Positions 38,771 to 48,903 of a stretch of 59,826 nucleotides of DNA are shown one piece after another; position 1 is the first letter of the stretch, and every line of letters starts with the position of its first letter. A model generated the notes under the pieces. That model worked only from the letters and a program-made list of their open reading frames with translations. It was not told the origin of the DNA and did not search any database. Origin of the DNA: Chloroflexota bacterium (lineage in GTDB: Bacteria > Chloroflexota > Chloroflexia > QHBQ01); the NCBI GenBank assembly GCA_025355955.1, contig JANXYP010000006.1, positions 1-59,826 on the forward strand, in the 5' to 3' direction. Both the position numbers and the translations under genes were made by a program.

Positions 38771-41700
38771 ATGAAGACTAGGATCGCGTTTTTCGTTATG
38801 GCGCTGGCAATGGTCAGCCTGCTGATCGGCAGCGCCCAGGTAGGAGCCAACCAGCCAACCGCCCCAGCTAGCGCCCCCACGCTGACTCAGGCCCAGATTG
38901 AGGCTAAGATTGAGCCGATGCTGCTCGACCAGTTGCGATCTAACTCCGACGGCAACGTTCGCTACATGGTCTACCTCAGTGAGCAGGCCGATACCAGCAA
39001 CAGTATCAGCCCGCTGCAGTGGAAGCAGAAGGGCGATTACGTCTACAACAAGCTGCGCGAAGTTGCCAACCGCACCCAACCAGGGATACGCGCCCAGCTT
39101 GCCAGCCTCACCAGCCAGGGCAAGGTTGGCAAGGTCGAGTCGTTCTACATTACCAACGGCTTCTACGTCGAGGCGACGGCGGATACCGCCTACACTATTG
39201 CCGCCAGGCCCGATGTCGCCAGCCTGAATGCGGTACGCACCTACCATATAACTGACCAACTGCAGGCAGCGCCAGCGCTGCAGGCGGCACCGATTGCCCC
39301 CACTACGGTGATTACGGACTACGGTATCACCATCATCAACGCGCCGCAGGTGTGGGCGCAGGGCTACCTCGGCCAGGGTGTCACTATCGGCGACATCGAT
39401 ACCGGCGTGCAGTATGATCACCCGGCCATCCAGCCACACTGGCGCGGTACTTATGCGCTGCCCGGCATGAACTACAACTGGTACGATGCGGTCAATCATC
39501 AGCCAGTCGCTTACGATGACAACAGCCACGGCACGCACACCGCTGGCACGACCGTTGGCGTGGATGCTGCTGGTCAGAATGTGATCGGCGTTGCGCCAAA
39601 GGCGACCCTGATTGCTTGCAAGGGTCTCGACAACGGTCAGCTTGGTGGCGATGTCAACGAACTGCTGCACTGCGCGGAATGGATGCTGGCTCCCACCGAT
39701 GTCAATGGCAACGATCCCCGCCCAGAGTTGCGCCCCAACGTAATCAACAATAGCTGGGGCGGTGCGGATGGCAGCGACAACAACTTCCAATACCCCATCC
39801 AGCAGTGGATCAACGCGGGCATCTTCCCCAGCTTCGCCAACGGCAACTCTGGCCCTGGCCCCTCCACGGTTGGCAATCCGGGCAGCAGCCCGCTGGCCTT
39901 CGGCGCGGGCGCGACTGATAATACCGACCAGATCGCGGGCTTCAGCAGCCGCGGACCGTCGCCAGTGGATGGCAGTGTCAAGCCGAATATCTCCGCACCG
40001 GGTGTCAATATCCGCAGCAGCATTCCTACCAATCAGTACGCCAACTTCAGCGGCACCTCTATGGCTTCGCCACACGTAGTTGGAGTCGTGGCGCTGCTGC
40101 TTTCCAAGAACCGTACCCTGACCGTAGATCAGCTGAAGAACGTAATTACCAGCACTGCTTACTTCACCAGCTTCATGGGTACCCGGCCCAACAACAACTA
40201 TGGCTGGGGGCGGATTGATGCGCTTGCCGGTGCCAACAGCGTGCCTGCCGACAGCGGCACAGTGATGGGCCATGTCACCGACGGCAGCAACCCGATTGCT
40301 GGCGCGTACATCGTGCTGACCATGACCGCTGGCCTGCCCAACTTCTACGGGGTGAGCGACGCAACCGGCGCATACACCATCACCGTGCCGTCAGGCGCTG
40401 ATCAGATTGGCGCACGCAAGTTCGGCTACACCGAGCAGGATGTCAGCATCAACGTCACTAATGGCATGACTGTAACTCAGGACTTTACCCTACCACTAGC
40501 CGCCGCTGGCAGCCTGAGCGGGGTGATTCAGCTGGCCTCCAACAATTCGCCGATCAGCGGCACATTGCTGGTTGGCGCGCCTGGCTACACCCCTACCTTG
40601 TACACCGGCAGCTATAACATCAACATCCCCAACGGTGCCTACACCGTCACCCTACGCCCCAGCGACAATTGTCTAGCGCCACAGACTGCGGTGGTGCAGG
40701 TAAATGGCGCAACCACCCACGACTTCCTGATCAGCCAGAAGACTGACGGGTTTGGCTACAGCTGCCAGACCGCGACCCTCTCCAACTACATCACCGCCGC
40801 CAACGTTGTCGCAGGCTGGGCCAGGCCGCCTTTCCCGCCCAACAACAATACCAACCCCCGCGACGATGGCGTGGTTACCACCACCTTGCCCTTTAGCTTC
40901 CACTTCTACGGCAATAACTACAACCAGATCCATCTCGGCACTAACGGCCTGGCTTTCTTCAGCGCACCCAACTGGTCGGAGAGCGGCGGCTTGATCCCCT
41001 ATCCTCAATTGCCGAACGCGGGCATCTACCCATTCTGGGACGACCTCAACCTCGACCTTAACAACGCCCACCATGGTGATGTCTACACCGATGTGCTTGG
41101 CACCGCCCCCAATCGCCAGTACGTGATCGAGTGGCGACACGTGATTATGAATGTCGACCTCGCCAGTGACGACAACTTCGAGATCCTGCTAAACGAGACT
41201 GGTGGCGGCATCGCCATGCAGTACCAGCATATGGTCAATGCTCGCGGCGCGAATCTGCAGGTTGTCGGCATCGAGGATATGCAAGGGACGGCTGGCATCC
41301 TGCACTCGTGGAATATCCCTGGCGCGATCCACGATAGCCTGGTCATCAACTGGATCCCGCCGACGGTCGAACCGACCCCCACGATCACTCCCACTCCTCC
41401 GCCCAGTAACACCCCAGCGGCAACCAACACGCCATTGGCGACCACCACGATGACCGCCACCAGCACGCCAGCCGCGACCACCACGATGACCGCTACCAAC
41501 ACGCCCAGCCTACCGACGGTCACGCCCACCGACTGCGCCAACCCGTTCATCGACATCACTGGCAATATCTTCTACACCGCCATCCACTATCTCAACTGCC
41601 GTGGCGTGGTCAATGGCCTCGACCCCAGCCACTACGGTCCGGCTGGCACCAGCACCCGCGGCCAGTTCGCCAAGGTGGTGGTGCTAGGCTTCGGCACGCC

Positions 41701-42109
41701 GTTGTTCACCCCCACCACCCAGGACTTCGTGGACGTGCCACCCAGCTACTTCGCCTACGTCTACATCGAGAGCGGCTTCCATGCGGGCATCCTCAGCGGC
41801 TACGACCCCGCCACTTGCGCGGCACATGGCCTGGGGACCCCGTGCTACTTGCCCAACCTGCCGATCACTCGCGCCCAGCTTACTAAGCTGGTGGTCAATG
41901 CGGGCGCCTACACCCTGATTACCCCTCAAGGCGGCGTTCCCGACTTCGTTGACGTACTGCCCAGCAACGTCTTCTACGTCAGCATCGAGACCGCCTACCA
42001 CGCAGGCATCGTCAGCGGTTACCCCGGCCATCTCTACCTGCCCAACCAGAACATCCGCCGCGACCAGATGGCCCAGATCGTCTATGAGGGCATCATTCAT
42101 CGGCCCTGA
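38771..42109 (+). CDS. Secreted S8 subtilase (bacillopeptidase F-like) with carboxypeptidase-regulatory-like and SLH domains
   Basis: IDTG, HGTHTAG, GTSMASPH catalytic triad; signal peptide; PT linker; SLH tail. Confidence 0.92.
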   Translation: MKTRIAFFVMALAMVSLLIGSAQVGANQPTAPASAPTLTQAQIEAKIEPMLLDQLRSNSDGNVRYMVYLSEQADTSNSISPLQWKQKGDYVYNKLREVANRTQPGIRAQLASLTSQGKVGKVESFYITNGFYVEATADTAYTIAARPDVASLNAVRTYHITDQLQAAPALQAAPIAPTTVITDYGITIINAPQVWAQGYLGQGVTIGDIDTGVQYDHPAIQPHWRGTYALPGMNYNWYDAVNHQPVAYDDNSHGTHTAGTTVGVDAAGQNVIGVAPKATLIACKGLDNGQLGGDVNELLHCAEWMLAPTDVNGNDPRPELRPNVINNSWGGADGSDNNFQYPIQQWINAGIFPSFANGNSGPGPSTVGNPGSSPLAFGAGATDNTDQIAGFSSRGPSPVDGSVKPNISAPGVNIRSSIPTNQYANFSGTSMASPHVVGVVALLLSKNRTLTVDQLKNVITSTAYFTSFMGTRPNNNYGWGRIDALAGANSVPADSGTVMGHVTDGSNPIAGAYIVLTMTAGLPNFYGVSDATGAYTITVPSGADQIGARKFGYTEQDVSINVTNGMTVTQDFTLPLAAAGSLSGVIQLASNNSPISGTLLVGAPGYTPTLYTGSYNINIPNGAYTVTLRPSDNCLAPQTAVVQVNGATTHDFLISQKTDGFGYSCQTATLSNYITAANVVAGWARPPFPPNNNTNPRDDGVVTTTLPFSFHFYGNNYNQIHLGTNGLAFFSAPNWSESGGLIPYPQLPNAGIYPFWDDLNLDLNNAHHGDVYTDVLGTAPNRQYVIEWRHVIMNVDLASDDNFEILLNETGGGIAMQYQHMVNARGANLQVVGIEDMQGTAGILHSWNIPGAIHDSLVINWIPPTVEPTPTITPTPPPSNTPAATNTPLATTTMTATSTPAATTTMTATNTPSLPTVTPTDCANPFIDITGNIFYTAIHYLNCRGVVNGLDPSHYGPAGTSTRGQFAKVVVLGFGTPLFTPTTQDFVDVPPSYFAYVYIESGFHAGILSGYDPATCAAHGLGTPCYLPNLPITRAQLTKLVVNAGAYTLITPQGGVPDFVDVLPSNVFYVSIETAYHAGIVSGYPGHLYLPNQNIRRDQMAQIVYEGIIHRP

Positions 42110-42187
42110 TGGGATGAAGGATTAAGGGCGAAGGATTAAGGATGGAAGGGCGCATCGAGAGTTGCGCTCTTCCTTCGCTTGTATCGC

Positions 42188-42216
42188 TTGACAATGCCCC
42201 ACCCGCGTGCTAGACT
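42188..42216 (+). promoter_or_regulatory. Sigma-70 promoter for fabL-cruF
   Basis: TTGACA-N17-TAGACT. Confidence 0.55.
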
Positions 42217-42276
42217 TCGACCCATCAAGTGGGTAACATCCCGGCGGCGCTGAACATCGTTTAGCCCAGTCTTTAA

Positions 42277-42400
42277 TATTACAGCCTCACTTGCTGGGCA
42301 GCATAGCGTAGTTACGATTGGCTTTGACACAGGGCGGCAGGGCGTATGCGATTCGCCCCTACACCAGTCTGGCGCATTAACACCAACTGAGGCTGTAATA
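42277..42400. mobile_element. MITE family M2, TTAA duplication
   Basis: TTAA|TATTACAGCCTCAC...CAACTGAGGCTGTAATA|TTAA, followed by (CTCAAAA)n. Confidence 0.8.
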
Positions 42401-42456
42401 TTAACTCAAAACTCAAAACTCAAAACTCATCACTACATAGCAAGGGGGCAATCAGC

Positions 42457-43272
42457 TTGGAGCAAGATAGCAACATGGCGAAATGGGCTCTGATCCTGGG
42501 CGCGTCGAGCGGCTTTGGTGCGGCCACCGCCCGCGAACTGGCTAAAAACGGCTTCAACATCTGCGGCGTTCACCTTGACCGCCCCAGCACGATGCCCGAT
42601 GTGGAGAAAGTCAAGGCCGACATCGAGGCGACTGGCCGCGAGGCGCTCTACTTCAACGTCAACGCCGCCAATGCCGAGAAGCGGGCGCAGGTGCTTGATG
42701 AGCTTGTCTCCCGCCTGGCGGTAAAGGGCGACTCGCGCAACGGCAGCGTCGCGGTGATGATGCACTCGCTGGCCTTCGGCTCGCTCAAGCCGTTCATCAC
42801 CGACAATCCCGACGAGGCCATCACCCAGCAGAACATGGACATGACCCTCGACGTTATGGCTCATAGCCTGGTCTACTGGACACAGGATCTCATTCGTCGC
42901 AATCTGATGATTAAGGGCGGCCACATCTTTGCGATGACCAGCATGGGAGCGCGGCGGGTATTTGGCACCTATGGCGCGGTCAGCGCGGCGAAGGCAGCGC
43001 TGGAGTCGCATATGCGCCAGCTTGCCCTGGAACTCGGGCCGCATGGTATCAGCGTCAACTGCATCGAGGCGGGCGTGACCGACACCCCCGCCCTACGCAA
43101 GATTCCCGGCAACGAGCGGATGGCAAATCGCGCCCTGGAGATGAACCCTGGCGGCAGGCTGACCTTGCCGGAGGACATTGCCCGCACCATTGCCGCGCTC
43201 AGTCACCCCGACCTGGCCTGGATCACCGGCGATGTTATCCGCGTGGACGGTGGCGAGGCGATTGCCAGCTAG
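42457..43272 (+). CDS. fabL: Enoyl-ACP reductase-like SDR (FabL/FabI type)
   Basis: LGASSGFG, HSLAFG, YGAVSAAKAALE, GVTDTPAL, VDGG. Confidence 0.75.
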   Translation: MEQDSNMAKWALILGASSGFGAATARELAKNGFNICGVHLDRPSTMPDVEKVKADIEATGREALYFNVNAANAEKRAQVLDELVSRLAVKGDSRNGSVAVMMHSLAFGSLKPFITDNPDEAITQQNMDMTLDVMAHSLVYWTQDLIRRNLMIKGGHIFAMTSMGARRVFGTYGAVSAAKAALESHMRQLALELGPHGISVNCIEAGVTDTPALRKIPGNERMANRALEMNPGGRLTLPEDIARTIAALSHPDLAWITGDVIRVDGGEAIAS

Positions 43273-43281
43273 CCGCGCTGC

Positions 43282-44181
43282 ATGAACAACCCCGTCACCC
43301 GCGTGCTGCTGCTCAGTAGCTTCGGTGCGTATGCCTTCATCTACGTCCCTGGCGTGATCTTGCTGGCCCTCGACATCAAGTACCCCAACAGCGAATGGGT
43401 GAGCAGCCTGCTGCTCATCCTCGCTGGACTCAGCGCCGCGCTGTGGGTAGTGGTCAATCGTGGGCTGGGGCGCGGCCTCGGCTTCGCAGGCGCGGTGCTG
43501 TTGCTTTCCTTCAGCGTCGAGTACCTGGGGGTTAGCACTGGGTTTATCTTCGGGCCATATCAGTACACCACTGTCCTCGCCCCATTGTTGTTCACCGTTC
43601 CCCTCGCCATCCCCTTTGCCTGGCTCACCGTCGTCCTCGCCTCCTGGTACGTTGCCAATGCGTTCACCCCTCCCCAGCCCTCCCCTAAGATCGGGGAGGG
43701 GGTAAATATCACCCTTCCCCAGCCCTCTCCTATGATAGGGGAGGGAGGATTGCCCGCACCAGCACTCAAAACTCAAAACTCAAAACTCAAAACTCTCGCG
43801 CTGGCGGGGTTGTTGACTGTGCTGCTGGATCTGCTAATCGAGCCAGTCGCCGTCTACGTTAGCGGCTACTGGCTCTGGCAACGTGGAGGGATATATTATG
43901 GCATCCCTGCACAGAACTTCATTGCCTGGGCAGTGGTTGGGGGGCTGATGGCGCTGCTGGCCGCCCGCTTCATCGGCAACCCTACGTCGCGCTCCGCTTA
44001 TGCTTTCCTGCCACCAATGTTGTATATCATGAACGCGCTGCTTTTCGGCGTGGTTGCCCTGGCGCACGGCTACGTTGTCACCGGCCTGCTGGCCGCGCTT
44101 GCCCTCACGCTGGGTGGGTGGGCGTTGTACTCCACCTTGCCGCACGCCCCCTCCCAGCCTCCCCCGGTGGGGGAGGAGTAA
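43282..44181 (+). CDS. cruF: Carotenoid biosynthesis protein (CruF/DUF422 hydratase family) with a repeat-derived loop
   Basis: EYLGVSTGFIFGPYQY, VPLAIPFAW, DLLIEP, YYGIPAQNFIAW. Confidence 0.8.
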   Translation: MNNPVTRVLLLSSFGAYAFIYVPGVILLALDIKYPNSEWVSSLLLILAGLSAALWVVVNRGLGRGLGFAGAVLLLSFSVEYLGVSTGFIFGPYQYTTVLAPLLFTVPLAIPFAWLTVVLASWYVANAFTPPQPSPKIGEGVNITLPQPSPMIGEGGLPAPALKTQNSKLKTLALAGLLTVLLDLLIEPVAVYVSGYWLWQRGGIYYGIPAQNFIAWAVVGGLMALLAARFIGNPTSRSAYAFLPPMLYIMNALLFGVVALAHGYVVTGLLAALALTLGGWALYSTLPHAPSQPPPVGEE

Positions 44182-44370
44182 AGCAACCGCTGTCCGATAA
44201 GCATAGTAGCATTGCGCGCATGTGGCTGCGTCCCAACCCCCTGAAACTCGTCAGCGTGCTGTCAAATCCAAACGATACTACTGTTCACGTTATTATGGCG
44301 TAGCTCACGGCGTGCCGACTAACCCCCAACCATCCCACTTTTCACGTTATATGAGGTAGCTCATGCCACA

Positions 44371-46116
44371 CTAAAAACTATTTGGCTCACTGATGCGGTA
44401 GGCTTCCACCTTGCCAGTGCGCCCGCGAATGTTGATGCTGCCCAGCGTCTCAGCCTTGAACCGCTGGCTCACCAGTGCATAGGTTTGTTCGCCGATCACG
44501 ATGCTGCCACCAGCGGCGCTCTCCTCCATGCGGCGGGCCAGGTTCACTGCATCACCAATCGCGGTGTAGTTGCGTAGGGCGGCGGTGCCGATGTTGCCGA
44601 CCACCGCCTCGCCAGTGTTGATGCCGATGCCGAACTCCAGCTTGACCGTGCGCTCCTGGTTGAACACGGCCATTTTGCGCTGTATCAATAGCGCCGCCAT
44701 CACCGCACGGATAGCATGGTCGGGCTGCGCCGCTGGCGCGTTGAACAGGGCCATCACCGCGTCGCCCATGAACTTATCAATGGTGCCGCCACAGGCGTTG
44801 ACTGCCTCGGCAGCGATGCCCAGGTAGGTGTTCAGCGCCTCCAGCAACTGCTCCGGTTCGCTGCTCTCCGCATAGCTGGTGAAGCCGCGCAGATCGGCGA
44901 ACATCACAGTGACTATTTGCCGCTGTCCACCCAGGCTCGCCATACCCGGATCGGTGAGCAGATGCTTTGCCACTGCTGCTGGCACGTAGCTGTTGAACAG
45001 CCGATTGATCTCGCGATATAGGAGGCTGGTGCGACTGCGCTCTGCCGATAGCGCGTCCTGGCTACGCTTAAGCCGCAGCAACGCCCGCACCCGCGCCAGC
45101 AATTCGGGGTAGTTGATCGGCTTGGTTAGGTAATCGTCGGCCCCCTCCTCCAGACTGCGAATCTTGTTGCCCATATCCGCCCTGGCCGTGACGATGATGA
45201 TGGGGATAAATGGCAGCAGCGGGTTCTGGCGGATACGTGCGGCAACCACATGACCGTCTATGTTGGGCATCATCAGGTCGAGTAGCAGCAGGTCAGGCGG
45301 AGTGCGCTCAATCGTCGAGAGCGCAACTGCGCCATTGTTGGCGGTGACAATCTCATAGCCCTCGCGTTGCAACATAAGGGACAGTAGTTCCAGATTGTCC
45401 TCGTTGTCGTCGACGATCATGATGCGTTCGCGGGTGGGGGCAGTTGGCTCCAGCGGGGTGTTCTCGACCATCTGCCCTTTAGTAAGATGGCGCAGCTCCT
45501 CGGCAATCTGGGTGTAGAGGTTGGCGTTCCTGGTAGCTATCCCAATCTGGTTGGCGAGCATGGTAAGCATTCGCAATTCGGGTTCGCCATAGAGCTGTTC
45601 GCCTATAGCCATCACGCTCATCACACCCACGATCTGATCGGCATAGAGCGGTACGCAGACCAGCGAATGGCCGCCCAGCTCACGCAGCCTCACATCGTTG
45701 GGATCGCTGATCAGCAGCGGTTGACCATTGTCGGCCACGAAATTCGCCAGGCTACTGCGTAGCGCGAACACGCCGATCGCTTTCTCGCCCCCTAGCAGCG
45801 GGCGCTTGCGCTCGACCGCCAGCCGCAGCCGCCCATCGCGGGGCTGGTAGAGGTGGATCCATGCGTATGCGACCGTATCCAGCACCTCAAGCACGCTGTC
45901 GAGCGTGCCGCGCATCATCTCATCCACATCCAGCGACTGGCTGAGAGCTACCGCGATCAGGTTGATCGCGGTCAGCTCATGATTGCGCTGCGCCAGATCG
46001 GATTCCAGTTGTCGCTTTTCGTTGCTCGACCGCTCGGGTTCCGCTTCCCCCCCGTTGGCTCCGCTCTGTTTGTTTGTGTCCTCCACCCTGCTCAACCCCG
46101 CTTCCTTACCTGGCAT
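44371..46116 (-). CDS. GAF-REC class III adenylate/guanylate cyclase
   Basis: GAF; IVDD..DLLLLDLMMP; FADLRGFT, DKFMGDAVMA, GIGINTG, YTAIGDAVNLARR. Confidence 0.9.
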   Translation of the reverse strand: MPGKEAGLSRVEDTNKQSGANGGEAEPERSSNEKRQLESDLAQRNHELTAINLIAVALSQSLDVDEMMRGTLDSVLEVLDTVAYAWIHLYQPRDGRLRLAVERKRPLLGGEKAIGVFALRSSLANFVADNGQPLLISDPNDVRLRELGGHSLVCVPLYADQIVGVMSVMAIGEQLYGEPELRMLTMLANQIGIATRNANLYTQIAEELRHLTKGQMVENTPLEPTAPTRERIMIVDDNEDNLELLSLMLQREGYEIVTANNGAVALSTIERTPPDLLLLDLMMPNIDGHVVAARIRQNPLLPFIPIIIVTARADMGNKIRSLEEGADDYLTKPINYPELLARVRALLRLKRSQDALSAERSRTSLLYREINRLFNSYVPAAVAKHLLTDPGMASLGGQRQIVTVMFADLRGFTSYAESSEPEQLLEALNTYLGIAAEAVNACGGTIDKFMGDAVMALFNAPAAQPDHAIRAVMAALLIQRKMAVFNQERTVKLEFGIGINTGEAVVGNIGTAALRNYTAIGDAVNLARRMEESAAGGSIVIGEQTYALVSQRFKAETLGSINIRGRTGKVEAYRISEPNSF

Positions 46117-46388
46117 CTTGTCCCATCCCCTCAGCCCCAGGTCATCATCGCGCCACCTGGTCAGCCAACCTTCTCCCGGTGCAAATCGGGAAACTATCCA
46201 GATTATACCACAAGCGGAGTTGGTGTGGTGGTACGATTCACCGATGTAAACACCAACCATGCCGAAAGCAACCGGCCTCTGCAATCGCAAAACCATGAAT
46301 GCACCTAACATATGGCAGCGGCGCGGCAAATGGTGTATACTATGCTATAAACGAACGGTTGTTTCATCCCTGAAAGGTAACTTCTACT

Positions 46389-47615
46389 ATGCCAAACTCA
46401 AAGAGCAATATTCGCGCAGTGGTCAGTGCCGGCCTGGCGGCAGGCGCAACCCTGGGCGCAGTCGCCACTACCGTCGCCCGCCAGCGGGCCGGTGAGCGCA
46501 CTGCTGGCAATCCATCGCTGATCAACTGGCGGCGGGCGCAGTCGATCGCCACCGCGCTCAACCGCAACGACTCTTTCGCCAATGCCCCCCGCGAGCAGTT
46601 CAACCAGTATTACGCCGCGATGGTACGGCAGGCCGCGCCGCTAGTGGCCGCCGCGATTGGCAGCGAAATGCCCGATCGCGTGCTGCACGTCGCAGCGGTT
46701 AGCCGCGCCCAGTGGGTGGCCGCCAACATCAGCAGCTTCCGCAATCTGTTCGCCCCCATCGAGCGCTTCCACGCCGAAGGTCAGGAGCAAGACGGTCAGA
46801 GCGGCGCGATTGGCAGCTTGCTGTTCGGTGGCATCAACCAGGCGCTCCTCAGCGCGGAAGTGGGTGCGCTGCTCGGCTACCTGGCCCGCCACGTCCTCGG
46901 CCAGTACGACCTCAGCCTGCTGGCCCCAGAGATGCGTAGCGGCAAGCTCTATTTCGTGGAGACGAACATCAGCGCGCTGCAGACCCAGCTTGGCCTCGAC
47001 CCCGACGACTTCCGCCTCTGGATTACCCTACACGAAGTCACCCACGCTTACCAGTTCCAAGCGCACACCTGGCTGCGTCCCTATTTCGACCAGTTGCTCA
47101 ACGAATACTTCGATACCCTGCGCGAGGATATGGGAGCGCTGCGCGAGGGCGCAATCGGACTGCGTACCTTCTTCGACCGCGCCCGCAATGATCGGCGCAA
47201 GGGTCAAGGTTGGATCGAGATGGTGATGACCCCGCAGCAGCGCGACATATTCCAGCGCATCCAGGCGTTGATGACCATTGTCGAGGGCAGCGGCAACTAC
47301 GTGATGAACAGCGTGGGCAAGGAGTTGCTGCCCAGCTACGACTATATCCACGACCGGGTGGAAAATCGCCAGGGCAACCGCAAGCCGATCGAAAAGCTGA
47401 TCATGCGACTCACCGGCCTGGACATCAAGATGGAGCAGTACGCCCAGGGCGAAGTGTTCCTCAAGGCGGTAGCCGAGGCAAAGGGGCAAGCGTTCACCAA
47501 CCTGGTCTGGCGCGGCCCCGACTTTATGCCCACCGTCGAAGAGATCAAGAATCCCGCTGCTTGGATCGCCCGCGTCTCTTTAATTGCAGATTGCAGATTG
47601 CAGATTATAGATTAG
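46389..47615 (+). CDS. Zinc-dependent metalloprotease (Zincin_2 / F420-biosynthesis-associated family)
   Basis: VLGQYD, WITLHEVTHAYQF, MTIVEG, GLDIKMEQY. Confidence 0.82.
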   Translation: MPNSKSNIRAVVSAGLAAGATLGAVATTVARQRAGERTAGNPSLINWRRAQSIATALNRNDSFANAPREQFNQYYAAMVRQAAPLVAAAIGSEMPDRVLHVAAVSRAQWVAANISSFRNLFAPIERFHAEGQEQDGQSGAIGSLLFGGINQALLSAEVGALLGYLARHVLGQYDLSLLAPEMRSGKLYFVETNISALQTQLGLDPDDFRLWITLHEVTHAYQFQAHTWLRPYFDQLLNEYFDTLREDMGALREGAIGLRTFFDRARNDRRKGQGWIEMVMTPQQRDIFQRIQALMTIVEGSGNYVMNSVGKELLPSYDYIHDRVENRQGNRKPIEKLIMRLTGLDIKMEQYAQGEVFLKAVAEAKGQAFTNLVWRGPDFMPTVEEIKNPAAWIARVSLIADCRLQIID

Positions 47616-47681
47616 GCAGTATTGGCCCAGTCGTGCATCTGCTTTGGCAATCGGCAATCTAAAATCTGAAATCTGAAATCA
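47583..47681. repeat. Inverted heptamer arrays (ATTGCAG)n / (AAATCTG)n
   Basis: Visible directly; first arm supplies the protease C-terminus and stop. Confidence 0.75.
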
Positions 47682-47685
47682 AACT

Positions 47686-48903
47686 ATGCCCTACGAATCC
47701 AGCGAGGTACTTAGCCAGATAAGGGAGCGGGCGCAAGATGCCCGTTTCCTGCTCGATCAGCAGCGCGGCGCGTTGGAGTTGGCTGCCGAGCTATATCAGC
47801 GTGCCTGCGAACGGCTGGCTGACTGGCGCGAGATCGTGCAGAGCAAAGAGAACAACAAGTACCGCCTCTACGCCAACCCACTTATGGGCAGCCGCGAGGT
47901 GGCGCTGGATTATCCTTGTGTTCCTGCGCTACCCGCCGAGGGTTATTGTGTGGTGGCGACCGACTCCTCGTTCATCGAGCCAGACAAGCATCGCGGCGCG
48001 TTCTGCCACCTGATCAACGTGGGGCGGGTGATGATTAAATACGGTGACCACCAGGAGGCGACTCTGGAGGCGCGACCCTCTCACCACCCTGACTACCTCA
48101 ACAGCATAGAGGAGCGTTACGTTGGCTTCGGTCGCGCCTTGCAGGCGGAGTGTACCGCCAAGGAGATGGAACACCTGCTCGATCTAGCAGTGACGCACCG
48201 TGCCGACATCGCCTTCTTCGACGGCCCACTCAACCAGACGGTGTTGCTGCTGGAAAACGCCCCCGTGATCAGCAAGCATATCAAGGAGAACCTGACCATA
48301 TACTACGATTACCTGCGGGCATTCGAGACGGTGCTGGGTGGCAGCGGTATCCCGGTGGTGGGCTACAACAGCCGCACCAACTCCGACCTGGTGATGCGTT
48401 CGCTACGCAAGGCGGTGGAATCGAAAGCCAGCTTTTTCAACGCAGCAGTCAAAAACGACCCTCGCGTGCCGATGTTCAGCTATCTCGATGACGGCGACCT
48501 GTTTAGCTACGCCCTCGAACCGGGAACGCGCTCGATTACCTTTCAGCCCTGGGAGGCAAAGAAGGATAGCGATAAGGATACCGCTAGCGGGGAGATCAGC
48601 AGCGGGCTGCATGAATACGAGGTGGATATTCGCGTCTTCTACCTCAACGTGGCGGGCAGCGCCGAGCGGGTGGATGTGCCAGCCTGGTGCCTGCCGCAAC
48701 TAGACCGCATCCACCAATTGTTGCTCAGTCAATGCACCCTGGGCGATGACTTCCCCGCCGCCCTCAGCCTGGCCGACAAGCAGGCGGTGTTGACGCGGGG
48801 CGAGGATCGCGAAACTTATTATACCCTTCTGGAGATGGAGGATCTGCTGCGCCCAGTCTCCTACAAGGCCCGCAGCAAGCGCGAGGCGGGGAGGAACATA
48901 TGA
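47686..48903 (+). CDS. nurA: NurA-domain nuclease
   Basis: VVATDSS, LINVGRV..YG, FFDGPL, PVVGY.SR, ERVDVPAW, FP.ALSLADKQAV. Confidence 0.82.
   Translation: MPYESSEVLSQIRERAQDARFLLDQQRGALELAAELYQRACERLADWREIVQSKENNKYRLYANPLMGSREVALDYPCVPALPAEGYCVVATDSSFIEPDKHRGAFCHLINVGRVMIKYGDHQEATLEARPSHHPDYLNSIEERYVGFGRALQAECTAKEMEHLLDLAVTHRADIAFFDGPLNQTVLLLENAPVISKHIKENLTIYYDYLRAFETVLGGSGIPVVGYNSRTNSDLVMRSLRKAVESKASFFNAAVKNDPRVPMFSYLDDGDLFSYALEPGTRSITFQPWEAKKDSDKDTASGEISSGLHEYEVDIRVFYLNVAGSAERVDVPAWCLPQLDRIHQLLLSQCTLGDDFPAALSLADKQAVLTRGEDRETYYTLLEMEDLLRPVSYKARSKREAGRNI

Noticed and set aside
38417-40273. 618-aa antisense ORF, and similar ones at 5608-6798, 14633-15646, 17164-18285 and 58851-59663
   Set aside because: Shadows of well-supported genes in GC-rich DNA, with no recognisable motifs.
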